This document shows positions 40,111 to 53,900 of a stretch of 64,000 bases of DNA, piece by piece (position 1 is the stretch's first letter; every line of letters starts with the position of its first letter). The notes under the pieces were generated by a model, which worked only from the letters and a program-made list of their open reading frames with translations, was not told the DNA's origin and searched no databases. The stretch spans positions 792,201 to 856,200 of the forward strand of contig JALMLS010000376.1 of the NCBI GenBank assembly GCA_038496445.1, written 5' to 3'. This DNA is from Trichosphaerium sp. ATCC 40318 (lineage: Eukaryota > Protista > Tubulinea). A program made the position numbers and the translations under genes.

Positions 40111-40416
40111 TTACTTCACGCGTTTGCAATACCTTATTGGTGGATAATTAGCCAAGCAGTATGACTTGCAAAGGTGTCCGATTGCCCTACAAGCTCTTAG
40201 GGATTGTTTGCGTACTGGACCATAGATTTTTACAGCAAGCGGTTGTGTTTCTATGCATGTCTTTGTAGTTGGACATTGTTGCTCACGTTTACAGGCGTGG
40301 TACCCCGGAGAATGTTTGAGCGTGGTTATACAAGAGTGTTTCTTCGCTCTTCGCGATCTACAAGCTATGTACACACATAAAGATAATACTACAAGTAAGA
40401 GAAGGTGCAAACGCAT
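40111..40416 (-). CDS. Small secreted, cationic Cys-rich protein (101 aa), intronless
   Basis: Hydrophobic signal MRLHLLLLVVLSLCVYIA, basic RSRRAKK segment, 8 Cys in the remainder. An AATAAA lies just downstream of the stop. Confidence 0.6.
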   Translation of the reverse strand: MRLHLLLLVVLSLCVYIACRSRRAKKHSCITTLKHSPGYHACKREQQCPTTKTCIETQPLAVKIYGPVRKQSLRACRAIGHLCKSYCLANYPPIRYCKRVK

Positions 40417-40584
40417 TGAAGATGGAAATTCATTTGAGCGGAATACACCTTCCTTTTTAGGAATGACTTTGCTTAATAGTCCTTAAGCGAAGGTATGTCA
40501 AGTCGACAGTGCTCAATGTCGAAACGAGAAACTTTTGGTAGCAGTATGAGCGATAGAACCAGAGTTTGAGGTCACCTCGGAATC

Positions 40585-42392
40585 CTATTTCATTAATTGT
40601 CTACGTGACTGAACAGACAACAGCGCTTTACTCAGACTACCAAGCCCGATGTAAAAGTTATGCACCATACGTTGGCAATAGTACACAGTGTTTACTACAT
40701 CCGTGGCTTAATTGTGATCCGATAAGGGACAGTACGAAGGTACATTGTCAAAGGGAGGTGTTACATGTTTATTTGCTATTTTTTTTGAAAACCTATTTTG
40801 ATCACTTATTAAAATCTATAACCTCAATTTATATGCTTTATGTTGACTTCCAATATATAAAGTGTTCTTATAATAATATAATCCACTAACAGAATCAATT
40901 GGAGGCGAGGTTATAACGTTTTTTACAGGATTTCCTGGGATATTCAGATAAACTTTATGTAATCCTCCTACCGTGTTATACTCGCTTACACTACCAAAGA
41001 ATAAGTCACCAAACCTATCACATGCTAGACCGTATATATCTGTTTTTGATGTATGTAAACAAGATACAGAACCATCAATAATACTTAATATTTTTGTCCT
41101 TAAAACAACATAAAGTGCGCCTGTTTTTAGATTACAAGCTATTCTTCTTGGGTATAAATATCCATATGGTTTTATCTTACTTTCATCAGGGTTTATCATA
41201 GCTATGTAAAAAAATTAGTATTCACTAGAACAAACAGAAAAGGTGAAAACCACTAGTGGTAATGCAAATAACAATATCAAATCCACAACGAAAAAAAGAA
41301 AGTTTTTTTGGATGTAACTTTAATGTTGTGTTATGTTTTACTGAGACTTTGTAATGTCGTGTATTACCACTTCAATAAAGTGGCACTAGCGCCCCTTTTG
41401 GTTTAATAGTTTTATGGAACACACAAGTAGATACACATGTAGGCAAACGAGCAAGAGCTTCAATTCCGAGATTTTTTTTCTTTTTTTCATCCTCAAAGAG
41501 GTATCGTAGAGGTTTATAATAACAAAAGACCAGAAAGAAAAAACAAAGTTGAAGTCACCAAAAAAAGAAAAACTTTCACGGTTTAAAACATTAACGTACA
41601 ATCAGTGAATATTAAAAGTGTTGATATTTGACCATGTTTATCAAGTCTACATAGCTGTCTGTTTGACTCATCACAAATAATCAAATCACCATTATTATCA
41701 TAACAAACACCAGAAGGAAGCGTAAACTTGAATTTTGTAGATCCTCTATTGCATGGTGTACCAGCAATCGTTGAAATAAAAGAATCAGGAATACTTCTTT
41801 TTATTTTTCTTATCGTATGATGACCTCTATCGCTGAATATAATATTGTTTTCTTTATCTATAACGCAGCCAGTAGGCAATGATATACCTAAAAAGTGAGT
41901 TTAGTCGCGTTAGAAATAAATACGTTCACGCATTGTCGAAAAGGGTCTATAATGCGTACCAGTGTCTTTTCCTATGGTTCCATCGCCGTACATTGAAGTA
42001 CCGCCTGTACGGCGTAATAAAATAGCTGATTTATAGCCTGTATCAGTTAACCGCTCTAGGATATTTATGCAGTGCCCAGCATGATCTATTAAGATAATCT
42101 ACGGTGGTTAACGGTTTTGAAAGTTAAACTAACACTACCTCTCCTGTAGATAACACACCAAAGTCTGTTACACGTCCGTATTTACCAGGGAGCTGTATTG
42201 GCGTGTAAACGCGGTTCATAGCCTAAATACTGTAAATACCCTTCTTTACGCTAATAACCGTACGCTATTATGTGGCACCATGCGTGTAAGGTCATTGGCA
42301 AGAATACTAGCTGATCCAAACGCGGAGAGGTCAGTATCATAGAGAAACTTTAAAATCTCAACAATAATCTCGGGTGGCAACGTAGAAAGCAT
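40585..42392 (-). CDS. F-box protein with NHL beta-propeller repeats (3' end uncertain, between ~40585 and 40816)
   Basis: F-box MLSTLPPEIIVEILKFL..DL. NHL motifs PTGCVIDKENNIIFSDRGHHTIRKI and FTLPSGVCYDNNGDLIICDESN. Confidence 0.82.
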
Positions 42393-42846
42393 TTCAAGAC
42401 GACTACACGTTTTAAGGAAAAGATAAGACTTATTGTAAAAAAACAAGTTTGTCACAAGCTTGCCATTTCATTAGCAAATTTGTTGTCTACGTATGATACG
42501 CTGCTAAAGACTCACCGTGTGGGGACCCTGACACCTAAAGCTTATGTAAAGAGTAACAAGCGAATTGAGGAGTTTAAAATAGGGAGTGCAATCGCGTAGA
42601 TGTTAAAGGAGAAGCCTTGCTCAAGAAAGAAAAATGTGACACATGGTTTTACGAAAAATATGAGAATGTCAAAAACAGCAAAAAAACACCTTTTTACGTA
42701 AGCGGTTAGTATACACTGCGGTAAGCTATTAATTGAATGTTGGTATGACATAATCAGAGGTATAGCCTAACAACGCAATACTCAGGATATGGCATTTACA
42801 CAAAATGAATAACAATAAAGTTTATTAAAATAAAAGACTACATAAT

Positions 42847-43957
42847 CTAATCGGTGAACGGTAATATACCAAATAGCCAACCAGTAACCTTTTTGATAAT
42901 ACCAACAATAACGAGAATAAAAATAGCGAAAATACCTATTTACAAAAGAAACGTTAGCAAACAGCTCGTTTTCAGGAAAAAAAAATAACGTACCTATTAG
43001 TGCAATAGCTGGAGCAATAATCACAGCGCCAACGACAACAACAATCAATCCTACACCAGCAAGAATACCAGAGATAAGAGCACGTTTTGCTACTTGGTTT
43101 CTTTTAGAGAATATGTTCTTAGGTACAAGCCAATTCCTTCTTTCTTCCTCATATTCTTCTTCCTCTTGTTCTTCTTCGTTGTTAGTGAATGGAAATCTAT
43201 CAAAGAGGCTGTCATCTTCTTCCTCCTGAGGTTCTTGCTCTTCATCTTCTTCATCGTTCATGAATGGAAGTCTGTCTAAGAAACTTTCGTCTTCCTCTTG
43301 CTCTCTTTCTTGTTCTTGAGCTTGTTCTTCCTCTCTGTTCATGAAAGGAAGGTTGTTAAAGAAGCTATCGTCTTCTTCCTCTGGCACAGGTTGTGGTTCT
43401 GGTTTACTACGGAATGGGTTTGAAAACCATGATCCTTCTTCTTCTTCTTGCGTCTGTTCTTCGTTGTCGCGGTTGAACTTGAAACGAGAAGAAAAACTAA
43501 ACCAAGAACTGTCTTCTTCTTCGTCTGGTTTCTCAAGCTCCTCTTCCTCTTGAAAGCCGAATTTTTGCTTTAAGGCGTTTTCGATTTCTTTACGTTTCTT
43601 TGCTCGTCTGGCTTCATTACGTGCTTTAGTAAACTCTTCTTGTGCTGCTTCTGGTAAAACGCTCATTACGTGGTTATACGACTCGTCATCCATTTCAGCG
43701 TAGAAATCGTTTATTTTAGCTTGAATGTATCTCGCGGACTGGTCTAGAGAGTTGCAGAACCCAGAGAGTATTGGGGAAGATAGTACAACATCATTATCGC
43801 AAGCACCGCCGAGAACGTTCTTAGGGTGTACTTCTTTATGGTGCTTTAGCTCCTCGTACTTGTCCGCTACTATTTGTCTTACTTTGTCCATCACTGACAA
43901 CCTCTTTCCCTGTACACATATGAAGCATAGGAAGCAACATAAGATAAACAACCGCAT
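42847..43957 (-). CDS. Secreted precursor-like protein: signal peptide, acidic repeat region, KR site, hydrophobic C-terminal hairpin (one intron near the 3' end)
   Basis: Repeats of EEEDDS(W/F)(F/L)..PF.N. Removing a gtacgt...atag intron gives the C-terminus KR-ALISGILAGVGLIVVVVGAVIIAPAIALIGIFAIFILVIVGIIKKVTGWLFGILPFTD*. Confidence 0.75.
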
Positions 43958-44257
43958 AATGTGACGCGTTTACCGAGTTTGCTCGGCTTTTTCCTTTTTT
44001 GGAATAAATAGAACTAGTTGGACTCTGCTTCGCATAATGCTAGATCAATAGTACATTTATAAAATAAACACACGCTATTAGAGGTACATAACTTCATGTT
44101 ATGTTTAAATGAATGAAGTGGTTTTGCTCCAAAATCCATTTAAAGATCGAAAATCGAAACCCCTTGATGGTTAATTGACAGGTCACACATCTGATCAAAG
44201 CGAGGCTTGGCTTGTGAAATACTGTATTAAAATATATGTCATTGTGATTTAGGTTTT

Positions 44258-47200
44258 TCAAAGTCGACTTTGTATAGCTTGAGTGGTTCCTTGTATCACT
44301 AGTCCGGTTGCTTTTTTACTTCTAGCGCCGACAGGCATAATTGTATTGCGTACGCAAGGTACAAACCTAAATAAAACTGGGTGAGTCATAAAAATACAGA
44401 AAACGGACTGACCTAGCTACCAGGCAGAATATTATCAATCCAATAAACACAAGACCAACAAGTACACCAACGATAATACGCCAAGTCTTGTTACTTCCCT
44501 TATCACAGTTCATGGACATGAATACTACATCCATACGAGTTGGTTTCACTGAGCTTTGGAACTCAACAGAGTCACAAACATCATTTTTGATATCTGTACG
44601 AATGTTTGGAATAGTATTCTCTGTACCAGCACACAAACTGTCATACGTAACAAGTGTGAAGTTGTTTTCTATCAGAGGTTCATCGATAGTGAACACTACA
44701 GGTATGCCAGTGTCATAACAACCCATAACAGTAAGATTAGAACGAGGGTTCAAAACAATGACACCTCCACCTCGAGTGAGATTACCTACATTCAAACAAA
44801 TGTAAACAAACGAACACAGTGTAGTTGTTCAACGTACCCACCACGACTATTGGCTCATTTATAATAAGAATGGCAACAACAGTGCCATTAACAACACCAA
44901 CAATGGATGTTGGTGGAACATATTGATACGTAGGAGTTTCTGTTGGGGTAAGAGCTACCGCATTGCTTGTTGGCATACCTTGGTACGAAGGTTCAGTACT
45001 TGGTACAATGGGAGATATAGAAGTAGGCTCCAGGGAAGGTGTGAAAGGTTGCATCGTAGGAGGAGTAGTTGATGGTTGAGTGATTTGCGGCAAGGGTTCC
45101 ACAACAAACTCTGGTACATAGGCTTGCATTCCTTAGCAACTTTTTTTAGCTTGGGTTGCACAAGATTTTTTTTAATACCTATGGTAGTTGGTCCATATCC
45201 ACGAGGTTGTTTGAAATAGTCCGTATCGAAGTTTGGAACAAATTCACCATAGCCATGAAGCGGAGATTTAAGACTGATCTTAAAAGCTGTGATATTCTCA
45301 GAATCCACAAATTGAGGATCAATTGCATAATTATCAGCTCCTGCTGCACCCATACCAGCAGGTACGCCATAAACGAAGGTGTTATTTCTTATCTCTTGAT
45401 CAGCTAATACAAAAACTACTTAACTAACTTACAGAGGTATCAATAGCACGTACGTAGAATTATTCCAATACTGGTAACAGACCTATCGATAAAAACGTTT
45501 AGCATTGATAAGGTATTTATTGTTATCGCACGTGTCAAAGATGTTGTTGATGAATGGTGCTGATTGCACAGAAACTGCTGATATTTGGAATAGACTTGTA
45601 TCAGATACATTTCTAAACACACAGTAATAAAACCTAGCGAAAGGACCACTATTCCCATCCATTTTCAAAAGAACTTTTCTAAAGTTAGAAAAAAACCAGA
45701 AAAGGTAGATAGGAAATGTTGTCTACGTACTGAAAGCATTTGCAATTAAAGTATTATCAACAGTTATAGTAGAACCTTCACCTGTTAAAAAGATTGCAGA
45801 TAATGCCATCCGATCGTCTTGTGGAAAACCCACGTATACGCATCTAAACGTTATAAATTTGAGTAAACTTCTGTGTTATTTTGATAGCAAAAAAATGTCT
45901 TTACTCCTGGTTTTCACATTTCTAACTTACCTTGTTACTTCGATTTGTTGGCTATTTGATATTATAAAGCCATCAGTTAGATTAAAAACTGAATCTCTTA
46001 CTACCTAGACTTGTGTAAAGGAACAACAATACTTTGAAACGAAAAATACAACTTTTTCTGTTTTTGGAAAACATACCGCGTTATACTGAGTAATGCCACT
46101 AATGTATTCTATGGCATATCCATAAGATTCATCAATTTTACAATTAGAAACTGATGGACTGTCTTGACCATTGAATTGGATAGCTACAACGAATTTAGAG
46201 TAAGAAAAACAATGAAATTGGATTTACTTATTCAGACATACCACTGTAACTTGTGAATGTAGGGTCAAATACATCTAATTTCCAAAGAAAAGGTGTCAGT
46301 ACAGTAGTTCAAAGCTGCGTTTTAGAAAAATTAATTAAGAAAAAAAAAATAAAAAAAACATGTGGTTTCGAATTTGTTCGAACTTCAGAACATTATCATA
46401 TTTTTCTGACGTTTAGGATACTTTTTTAAGGTTTACTACACTGTAAGAAGCTTTGTAGGCGCATAAACGGATTAAAAAAATAACGAGTACCTCGTTGAAT
46501 GCCAATGCCTTGAAATACAACATTATGGATAGAGGCACCAGTACGCCCAAGCTGGCTGTATACAACACCGTGGCTCCATACGTTCGATATTAAACAATAA
46601 CACACAGTGATATTATCTCCATTAAGTTGGAAACCTCTACCTACGAATAACCACGTGAACAAACAATAAAAAAACAGAAAACACATCTGACGATATTAAA
46701 TGCTTCTGTGTTTTTTTACATACCATAACTGCCTATGATATTAATCCCACTTATAATCACGTTTTGTGAACCTTCTTCTAGAGTCATAATTGCCGCAAAT
46801 TGTGTGGTATTTACCCAATTATTTTTTCCATTTGTTCCATTGCCAATATGTCTTAAACTCAAGAAAACTCTTTGGTCTATTGCAGAAATTAGATGAACTT
46901 TCAAAAAGTAAAAAACCAGTTGCATACTTTGGTAGTTTGAAATTGTAATTGGTGAGCTGTTGTTCCCTCGTAGTACAAAAGAAGGGCCTGATGTACTATT
47001 TAAAGCTATTTTTATGACGTGTTCGCCTCCCAGGAAGAATATTTGTTCGACTCCAGTAGAATCCATTGCAAGTTCATCTGCGAGTTTTTGATATGATATC
47101 GCACTATTTACGAGCATCAGCGGTTTATTGGAAAACGTTTGAGCCATTTTCAGCAGAATGGGGACGATTTGCTCATTTTTAGAAGTTATCTTATATAACG

Positions 47201-47330
47201 TTATTTACCTTCCTACACTATCACCGGCGCCACCTGTATCAGTAGGTGCAACATAATAAACTGGTAAGGCTGATTGTACTCTAATAATACCAACAATGAT
47301 CAACAAGCTATAAACAAGCTTGTTGTACAT
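44258..47330 (-). CDS. Type I membrane surface protein: parallel beta-helix (pectin-lyase-like) head, P/T-rich stalk, juxtamembrane Cys domain, TM; copy 1
   Basis: Signal peptide; YYVAPTDTGG; beta-helix-like repeats (NVIISGINI, NITVCYCLISN, SVSNCKIDES, EIRNNTF); PT-rich linker; TM WRIIVGVLVGLVFIGLIIF; tail FVPCVRNTIMP. Confidence 0.78.
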
Positions 47331-47582
47331 GAATAAACGTTGTAACTATTTTAAACTAAAGAGTTTAAGGCAACAACGGCAATAACTGAAAACAAGTTAA
47401 GTTAATTGAAAACAATCTAGTGAAACGTCACAATGTCTTAAAGGAGCCTCACAAGATAACGAACTATGTAGTGCATCCTATAACCGTATACGCTACAAGA
47501 GATAACAAATAGTACTAGGCTGACATGATAACGCGTGTTTATTGATGAGTACCATCAACTGTTTGAACACTTCCTGTTAGAG

Positions 47583-47649
47583 CTATTCTATTATTTTTTT
47601 ACTTCTTGCATTATTGGGGCTAACTTTATTACGTGCACAAGGTACAAAC
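47583..47649 (-). other. Duplicated (alternative) terminal exon of the 47721-50628 gene
   Basis: ctcaccggttttattttag|G TTT GTA CCT TGT GCA CGT AAT AAA GTT..TAG copies the true last exon (FVPCVRNKVMP) and has its own branch point and acceptor. Confidence 0.65.
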
Positions 47650-47720
47650 CTAAAATAAAACCGGTGAGTACGTACTTAAAATAAAAACCTGGCTACCTTT
47701 TATGCAACTTATGTGCTATG

Positions 47721-50628
47721 TCACTGTATGGATTGAATGCTTCCTGTCAACGATTTTTTGTTTGCTTTTTTACTTCTACCACCAACGGGCATAACTTTAT
47801 TACGTACACAAGGTACAAACCTAAAATATAAATTGGTGAGTATCATAAACTTAACAAACTCGAAAAAAAAGAACTTACCTTGCAACCAAAAAGAATATTA
47901 TCAATCCAATAAACACAAGACCAACAAGTACACCAACGATAATACGCCAAGTCTTGTTACTTCCACTCTTATCACAGTTCTTGGATATGAATACTACATC
48001 CATACGAGTTGGTTTCACTGAGCTTTGGAATTCAACAGAGTCACAAACATCATTTTTGATATCTGTACGGATGTTTGGAGTAGTATTCTCTGTGCCAGCA
48101 CACAAACTGTCATACGTAACAAGTGTGAAGTTGTTTTCTATCAGAGGTTCATCGATAGTGAACACTACAGGTACACTGATATCGTAACAACCCATGACAG
48201 TAAGATTAGAACGAGGATTCAAAACAATGACACCTCCACCTCGAGTGAGATTACCTACATTCAAACAAATGTAAACAAACAAACACAGTGTAGTTGTTCA
48301 ACGTACCCACTACGACTATTGGCTCATCAATAATAACGATACCTGTGACAGTGCCATTTTTTATACCTGGAACAATATTTGTTGTTGGACTTTCTGTTGG
48401 AGTAAACATAGTAGGCGTCACGGAAGGAGGTGTCATTGGAGGTGCAGTAGGCTGTACAGTAGGTGATAAAGTAGTAGGGAACACACCAGTGGGTGCCGTA
48501 GTCGTTGGTGACACAGTAGTAGGTTGTACAGTAGGTGGAATAGTAGTGAGTTGTATAGGGCCTGGAGTAGGTGGTACTTGGAAGTGGAACTGCATACCTA
48601 AACCCCTTTGAGTGAGCAAAACATAGTGTCTACGTTTCAAATATTCTTTTTTTATACCTATGGTTGTTGGTGCATCTCCTCGAGATTGGTTGAAATAATC
48701 CATATCGAAACCTGGAATAAATTCACCATAGAAACGAAGATCAGAAGTAGGACTGATCTCAAAACTTGTCATATTTTCTGAATCGATAAATTGAGGATCA
48801 ATTGCGTAATTGAAATTTCCCATTGCAGCCAGGCCACCTGGTATACCATTAACAAAGGTATTATTTCGTATCTCTAGAGTGACTAAATACATAAGTAAAC
48901 ATTAAGAAGTGCTAGATAAAACTTGCTACAAAACGTACATCCCAGCGTAGGCGACCCCATGTCCCAAATAATTGTACCAGTGCTATGCTTTTTAACAAAA
49001 AGGATAGGCAGTATTGTACGACTTACTTGTCGAAAATGTTATTGATGAGAGATGCCGTCTGGTCTCTAGATGAATCTTGAAGTAATGCTACATCAGCCAC
49101 TTCTCTAAGCACGCAATAATAAATCCGAGCATTATGACCACCACCAGAAAGCATTGCCAATAAACCTGTTTTTACGACAAAAATAAGAAAGGAGTAAGGA
49201 TAAGCGATAATCTACGCATACGATCTGCGTTCGCAACCAAAGTATTGTCCATAGTTAGGTTAGATACTTCACCCCTTAGAAGAATTGCAGAGGTTGATAA
49301 CCTGTATATTGATGTCTTTGGAAACCCTTCGTACAAGCATCTAACGGAAGTCAGCAAATAGTGCTTTACATCAATTCTCACCTCGTTACTTTAACTTGCT
49401 GAACATCTGCTATTATAAAGCCATCAGTGCGGTTGAATACTGAATCTGATATTGTCTAAACATATGTTAATGTAAGCACAAAACACTCATTGTATCAAAT
49501 ACCGCAGTCTGTATTTCAGGTTGCAAAAAGCCACTAAAATATTCAACACCACTTCCATAGCATTCATAAAATCTACAATTAGAAACTGACGGACTCAGTT
49601 GGGCAGCAAATTGAATAGCTATAATGCGTTAGACCATATTGGCATCACAATAATCAAATGTATTGTAACAAACATACCACTATAAGTTGTCGTTGAGTTG
49701 TATGTAACTAATGAAAAAACAAAAAAAGTCAGAAGGTATTTAACCAATAAGATTGTTTAGAAGTACCTCGTTGTATGCCAACTCCATCAAATACAACAGT
49801 ATCAACAGAAGAGCCACGTCCATCTTGCATGTTGTACACAACTCCGTATCCAAATACTTCAGTTATAGAGCAGTCACGTAAAGTAATATTCTCACCACGA
49901 AACTGGAAACCCATACCTACAAAAACACGTGAACAAATAACACGCGAAAAAAAAAAAAGAGAAGATAACTTACCAACACTGCTTAAGATGTTAATTCCAC
50001 TTATGATCACGTTTTGTGATCCTTCTTGAAGTGTCATTACTGCTGCAAATTGTGTGAACATAATCCACTCTTCTTCTCTGTTTACTTCGTTACCACTGTA
50101 CTTCAAAATCAAGTCAACTCGTTGTCCTTCATATACGTTAAGAAAGAGAAAAAATGTTTGGTGAAAGTACAAAAAAAAACAGTTGAAAAAGTGCGTAGCA
50201 AGGTTGGCGTTACGTAGTGAAAACTGTACTGTTGATTACCTTGGTAGTTTGAAACTATTATTGGAACGCTGCTATTCGATTTTAAAACAAAATTAGGCCC
50301 TGACACATCGTTTAATCCTATTTCTATTACGTGTTCGCCTCCCAGGAAGAATATTTGTTCTACTCCAGTAGAACTTATTGCAAGTTCATTTGCGAGTGCT
50401 TGGTATGATATTGGACTATTAGCGAGCGTCAGTAAGCACAGTAGAGGCTTATTATAGTTATATTGTGTAAAATTTGTTACGCTGACCCGTAAACCGCTTA
50501 GTTTACCTGGAAATGTCGCTACCATCACCAATATCATTTACACCAACATAATAAACTGGAAAAGCTGATTGTACTATTGCTATCCCAGCAATAATCAACA
50601 GATAGTAAACTACCGCGCTGTAAATCAT
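47721..50628 (-). CDS. Type I membrane beta-helix surface protein, copy 2 (tandem paralog)
   Basis: MIYSAVVYYLLIIAGIAIVQSAFPVYYVG. It has the same exon layout as 44258-47330 and a near-identical C-terminal region. Confidence 0.78.
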
Positions 50629-50960
50629 TTAACTGTTGCTATTTAAAACGAAGGCTTGGTTTGTGTCAACTTAACTAAAAAAAGTTCAAGTCATTTGTCC
50701 ACGTACAAGGTAACCACATTGTTTTGCCATGGCAAAACTAGAGTTCACGAGAAAAAGTACTTTGAGTTGTTTTCCTTTTTTACCGAATTCGCTTACATTG
50801 CGACATTTGGTATACAGCTAGATACAGGCGTACTATGAGTGATAATAGGGCTATACATAGGAGGCTGGTAAAGAAGGGACAAAGACGTCGGAGTAGCTTT
50901 TAACTTTACTTTTTTTTTTTTGAAACAAAATTGGATTTGAACAATATTGCGCAATTATGC

Positions 50961-53900
50961 TTAACGTTTGCCTTTACGACCTTTCTTAGTTGGAGGAGGT
51001 GGAAGGGATGTTTTTCCAGAAAACTTGAGTTTGAACTGAGACACGTGTTCAACATTAGAGGCGTCACAAAAATCAACAACCCAGAAGGCAAATGGCGACA
51101 GACCGTAGTACCCTGCGTCTGTAGATCCAACCTCCTTAGCTTCGTTTCCTTTTTTGTAAAGAGTCAGACATGTGATAAAAATTCAAGCATTATGGCGTAC
51201 CTGTGGAGTCATCATAACATAAGGCTGGATGACTTTGAGTTATGGCAAGCATGCCGCTGTTTTTCTTGATTGACAAAATTAGCACAAAAAAAAAGCCTAT
51301 GAGCATTTTTGTACCTGTACTACTGAACCTGCGTGATATACCTTCATGTCAATAGGATTATCTAAGCTTGGTATATCCATTGTAACCTTGTTGGCAATAA
51401 CTAGACCCAACAGGTTAGACACAACGACTTTTGATCATGTTTCATTATTTCGATTAAAAAAAAGTACCTTGGAAGTGTTTAGCATCAAACTCTGCTGCAT
51501 CTCTAGGTATACTAAAACCGAGCTTCTTTATAGTTTTCAACAATTTAAACGCAATAGGATACTCGGAGGAAGACATCTGCATGCCATTTGTGAACTCCTT
51601 GTACGTTGCACCCTTAACACAACATAAGGTTTTTTTTTGCTTAAAGACTATTTTTGTAATAAATGTATTGCTGTTCATACCTCTCTGAGATGTACTTTCT
51701 CATCAAAATCTTTCTTGACAGCATTATGCTTTTGTTCTAGATTATTAACTTCAATCTTATTTGTCTCAACGGTGATTCCTCCAGACTTGAGTGTCCAAAA
51801 GTTTGCTACTTTCTTTTCGGCTTGAATTTTTCGGAGTAAATCAACTTTTAGATCAAGTCTGGCCTGTTAAACAGTTAGTTAGGACACCTCCTGATACGAA
51901 ACTAGTACCTCAACAGCAAAACATTTGAACAAAGGAGTGTTGATATCATCGTCACTTGTGGTAGCTTCAATACGTGCCAAGAGTGCTTTCTTGTGACGAA
52001 GGCGTGCCTTAAAATGATAGTTAGTACGGCTTTTTTTATCGCTCTCGGATGTACCTTTTGATAGTCTCTATTACAGGTCAACATGTTCAAGTTTGCTACA
52101 GCTTGATTGTGGCCATCCATAATTGACACAGCCTCGCTGACGGCGGATTTCACCTGTTGAATTGATTTTGTTAAATATACAAAGCAAAAAGAATATTGAT
52201 TTACCTTGTCAGATGATGCTGACTTTAACACCTCAGTAATTATACTACGGAAGAATGGAGCTCCAATTGCAATATAAGAAGGTGATTTAGGGTCTTTTAC
52301 TTCGACCTTAGGCAATGCTTCCTTCAATAACTTTACGGAATCATCAAATTTTTCTGCTAGCTCAAGACCGGCAATGTCAGAAATAGCGTAATCAAAGTCA
52401 GGTATAGATTCAACTTTGTTGAGTTGTTCCTTTGATGCAACTACTTGATCTATGCGCATATAACCATATCCTGGAACTTGGAGGATTTTGGCAGTGTTTT
52501 GAGCGATCTAAAGACGAAGAAGGTCAAAACTCATGTGGTTCTTAGCAGAGATGGAAAAAAACAAACAAAGTTTTCCTCACCTCAGGGAACGTGCATCCAA
52601 AGATTTTTTCTACTTTTTTACGGAAAGCGTCCGGGAATATATCTGTATCAGTGGCGATTATCTCGCTTCCCTAAACATATCGTATTAAAACATAGAGTAT
52701 CAACAACAAAGTTATGATTTAGCAAATGTACTTTTTGAAGCATCTCAGCAGTAATAGTAACAAGATTGTTTGCTACTTCCAAAGCACTTTCAAGGCTTTC
52801 AAGTTCCTTTTCTTCTCTTTCAATGTCACCCTTAATAGCAGTCTTAATCTCTTCTATGCATTTAGACCTAAGGTTTTTAAATTTAGAACCAGCGCACGTG
52901 TTAAAAGAAGAAACAGAAATTGTTGTTCAAAAACAATTTGTAAAGCAAAAGATCGTACCTATCCTCATCAGATTTGTTTGTTGCCAAAAAGTTCTTCACG
53001 TGGGCATCAATAGATTTTAAAACCTTAAAGATGGCAGTAATACTCGATTGTACATCAGATAATGATTGAACAGGTCTAAAGAAATTAACAAAGCCAAAAA
53101 AAAGAAACTTGAACTTACGAATGTGCTTCGTAAGCACCCCAAAAATCCAAACCTAGTCTGTGTCAACCATAAAGTTCACCCTGATTATGAACGCCTACCT
53201 CTCTTTTGAAAGCTCAAAAGGCTAAGTACCATATCTCTTATAGCTCTAATTTGTTCAGATACGTTATCTCCTAACCCTGAATCATATCCTTCATCAGCAA
53301 ACGGTTCAGTGACATTGACAATCCTGTTTAATAAAATTTATTAAAAAAGACCTTTAATTATTTCTACGTACCATGTAGCAAGCTCAATTGGATACTCAAA
53401 GTCGCCACCATCAACAGCGTTTATGAATCCGAACAAACAGGCACGGTATGTTATCAGGAGTTGCTCTACTTTTAAGAATGGAGACAAGTTTGTGTGCCTG
53501 AATAATCAGGTTAATTACTTAATCATGGATAGGACCGACTCATACGTAAGAGGTTTTTTTGCATCTCCACCAGGCGATAACGAGTTAATAGCTAAGAAAC
53601 CTTCTTCTCCTGTTTCTCCATTAGCTCCTTGAGCTTTACTGATGGCGCCACGATCACCAGGAGGACCGCGAATACCAGTAACATCTTCATGGTATGGAAA
53701 TCCACCTGCATTTGGCGCTATGCGTTTGTACTTTCCACCAGGTCCGCCCTTGCCTTTAAAGAATATAAACAACACAATCAAGATGTGAATAAATAGTTAC
53801 CTCCTTTTCCGGGATCTCCAGCAATTGCTGGGACTCCACCATCACCACCAGTGAAGTCACATTCGAAGTTAATTTTTTCAGAGGTAATAAATCCAACAGT

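Noticed and set aside
46410-46421. GTATCCT on the minus strand as a U12 donor
   Set aside because: Comparison with the paralog shows it lies inside a longer ordinary intron.
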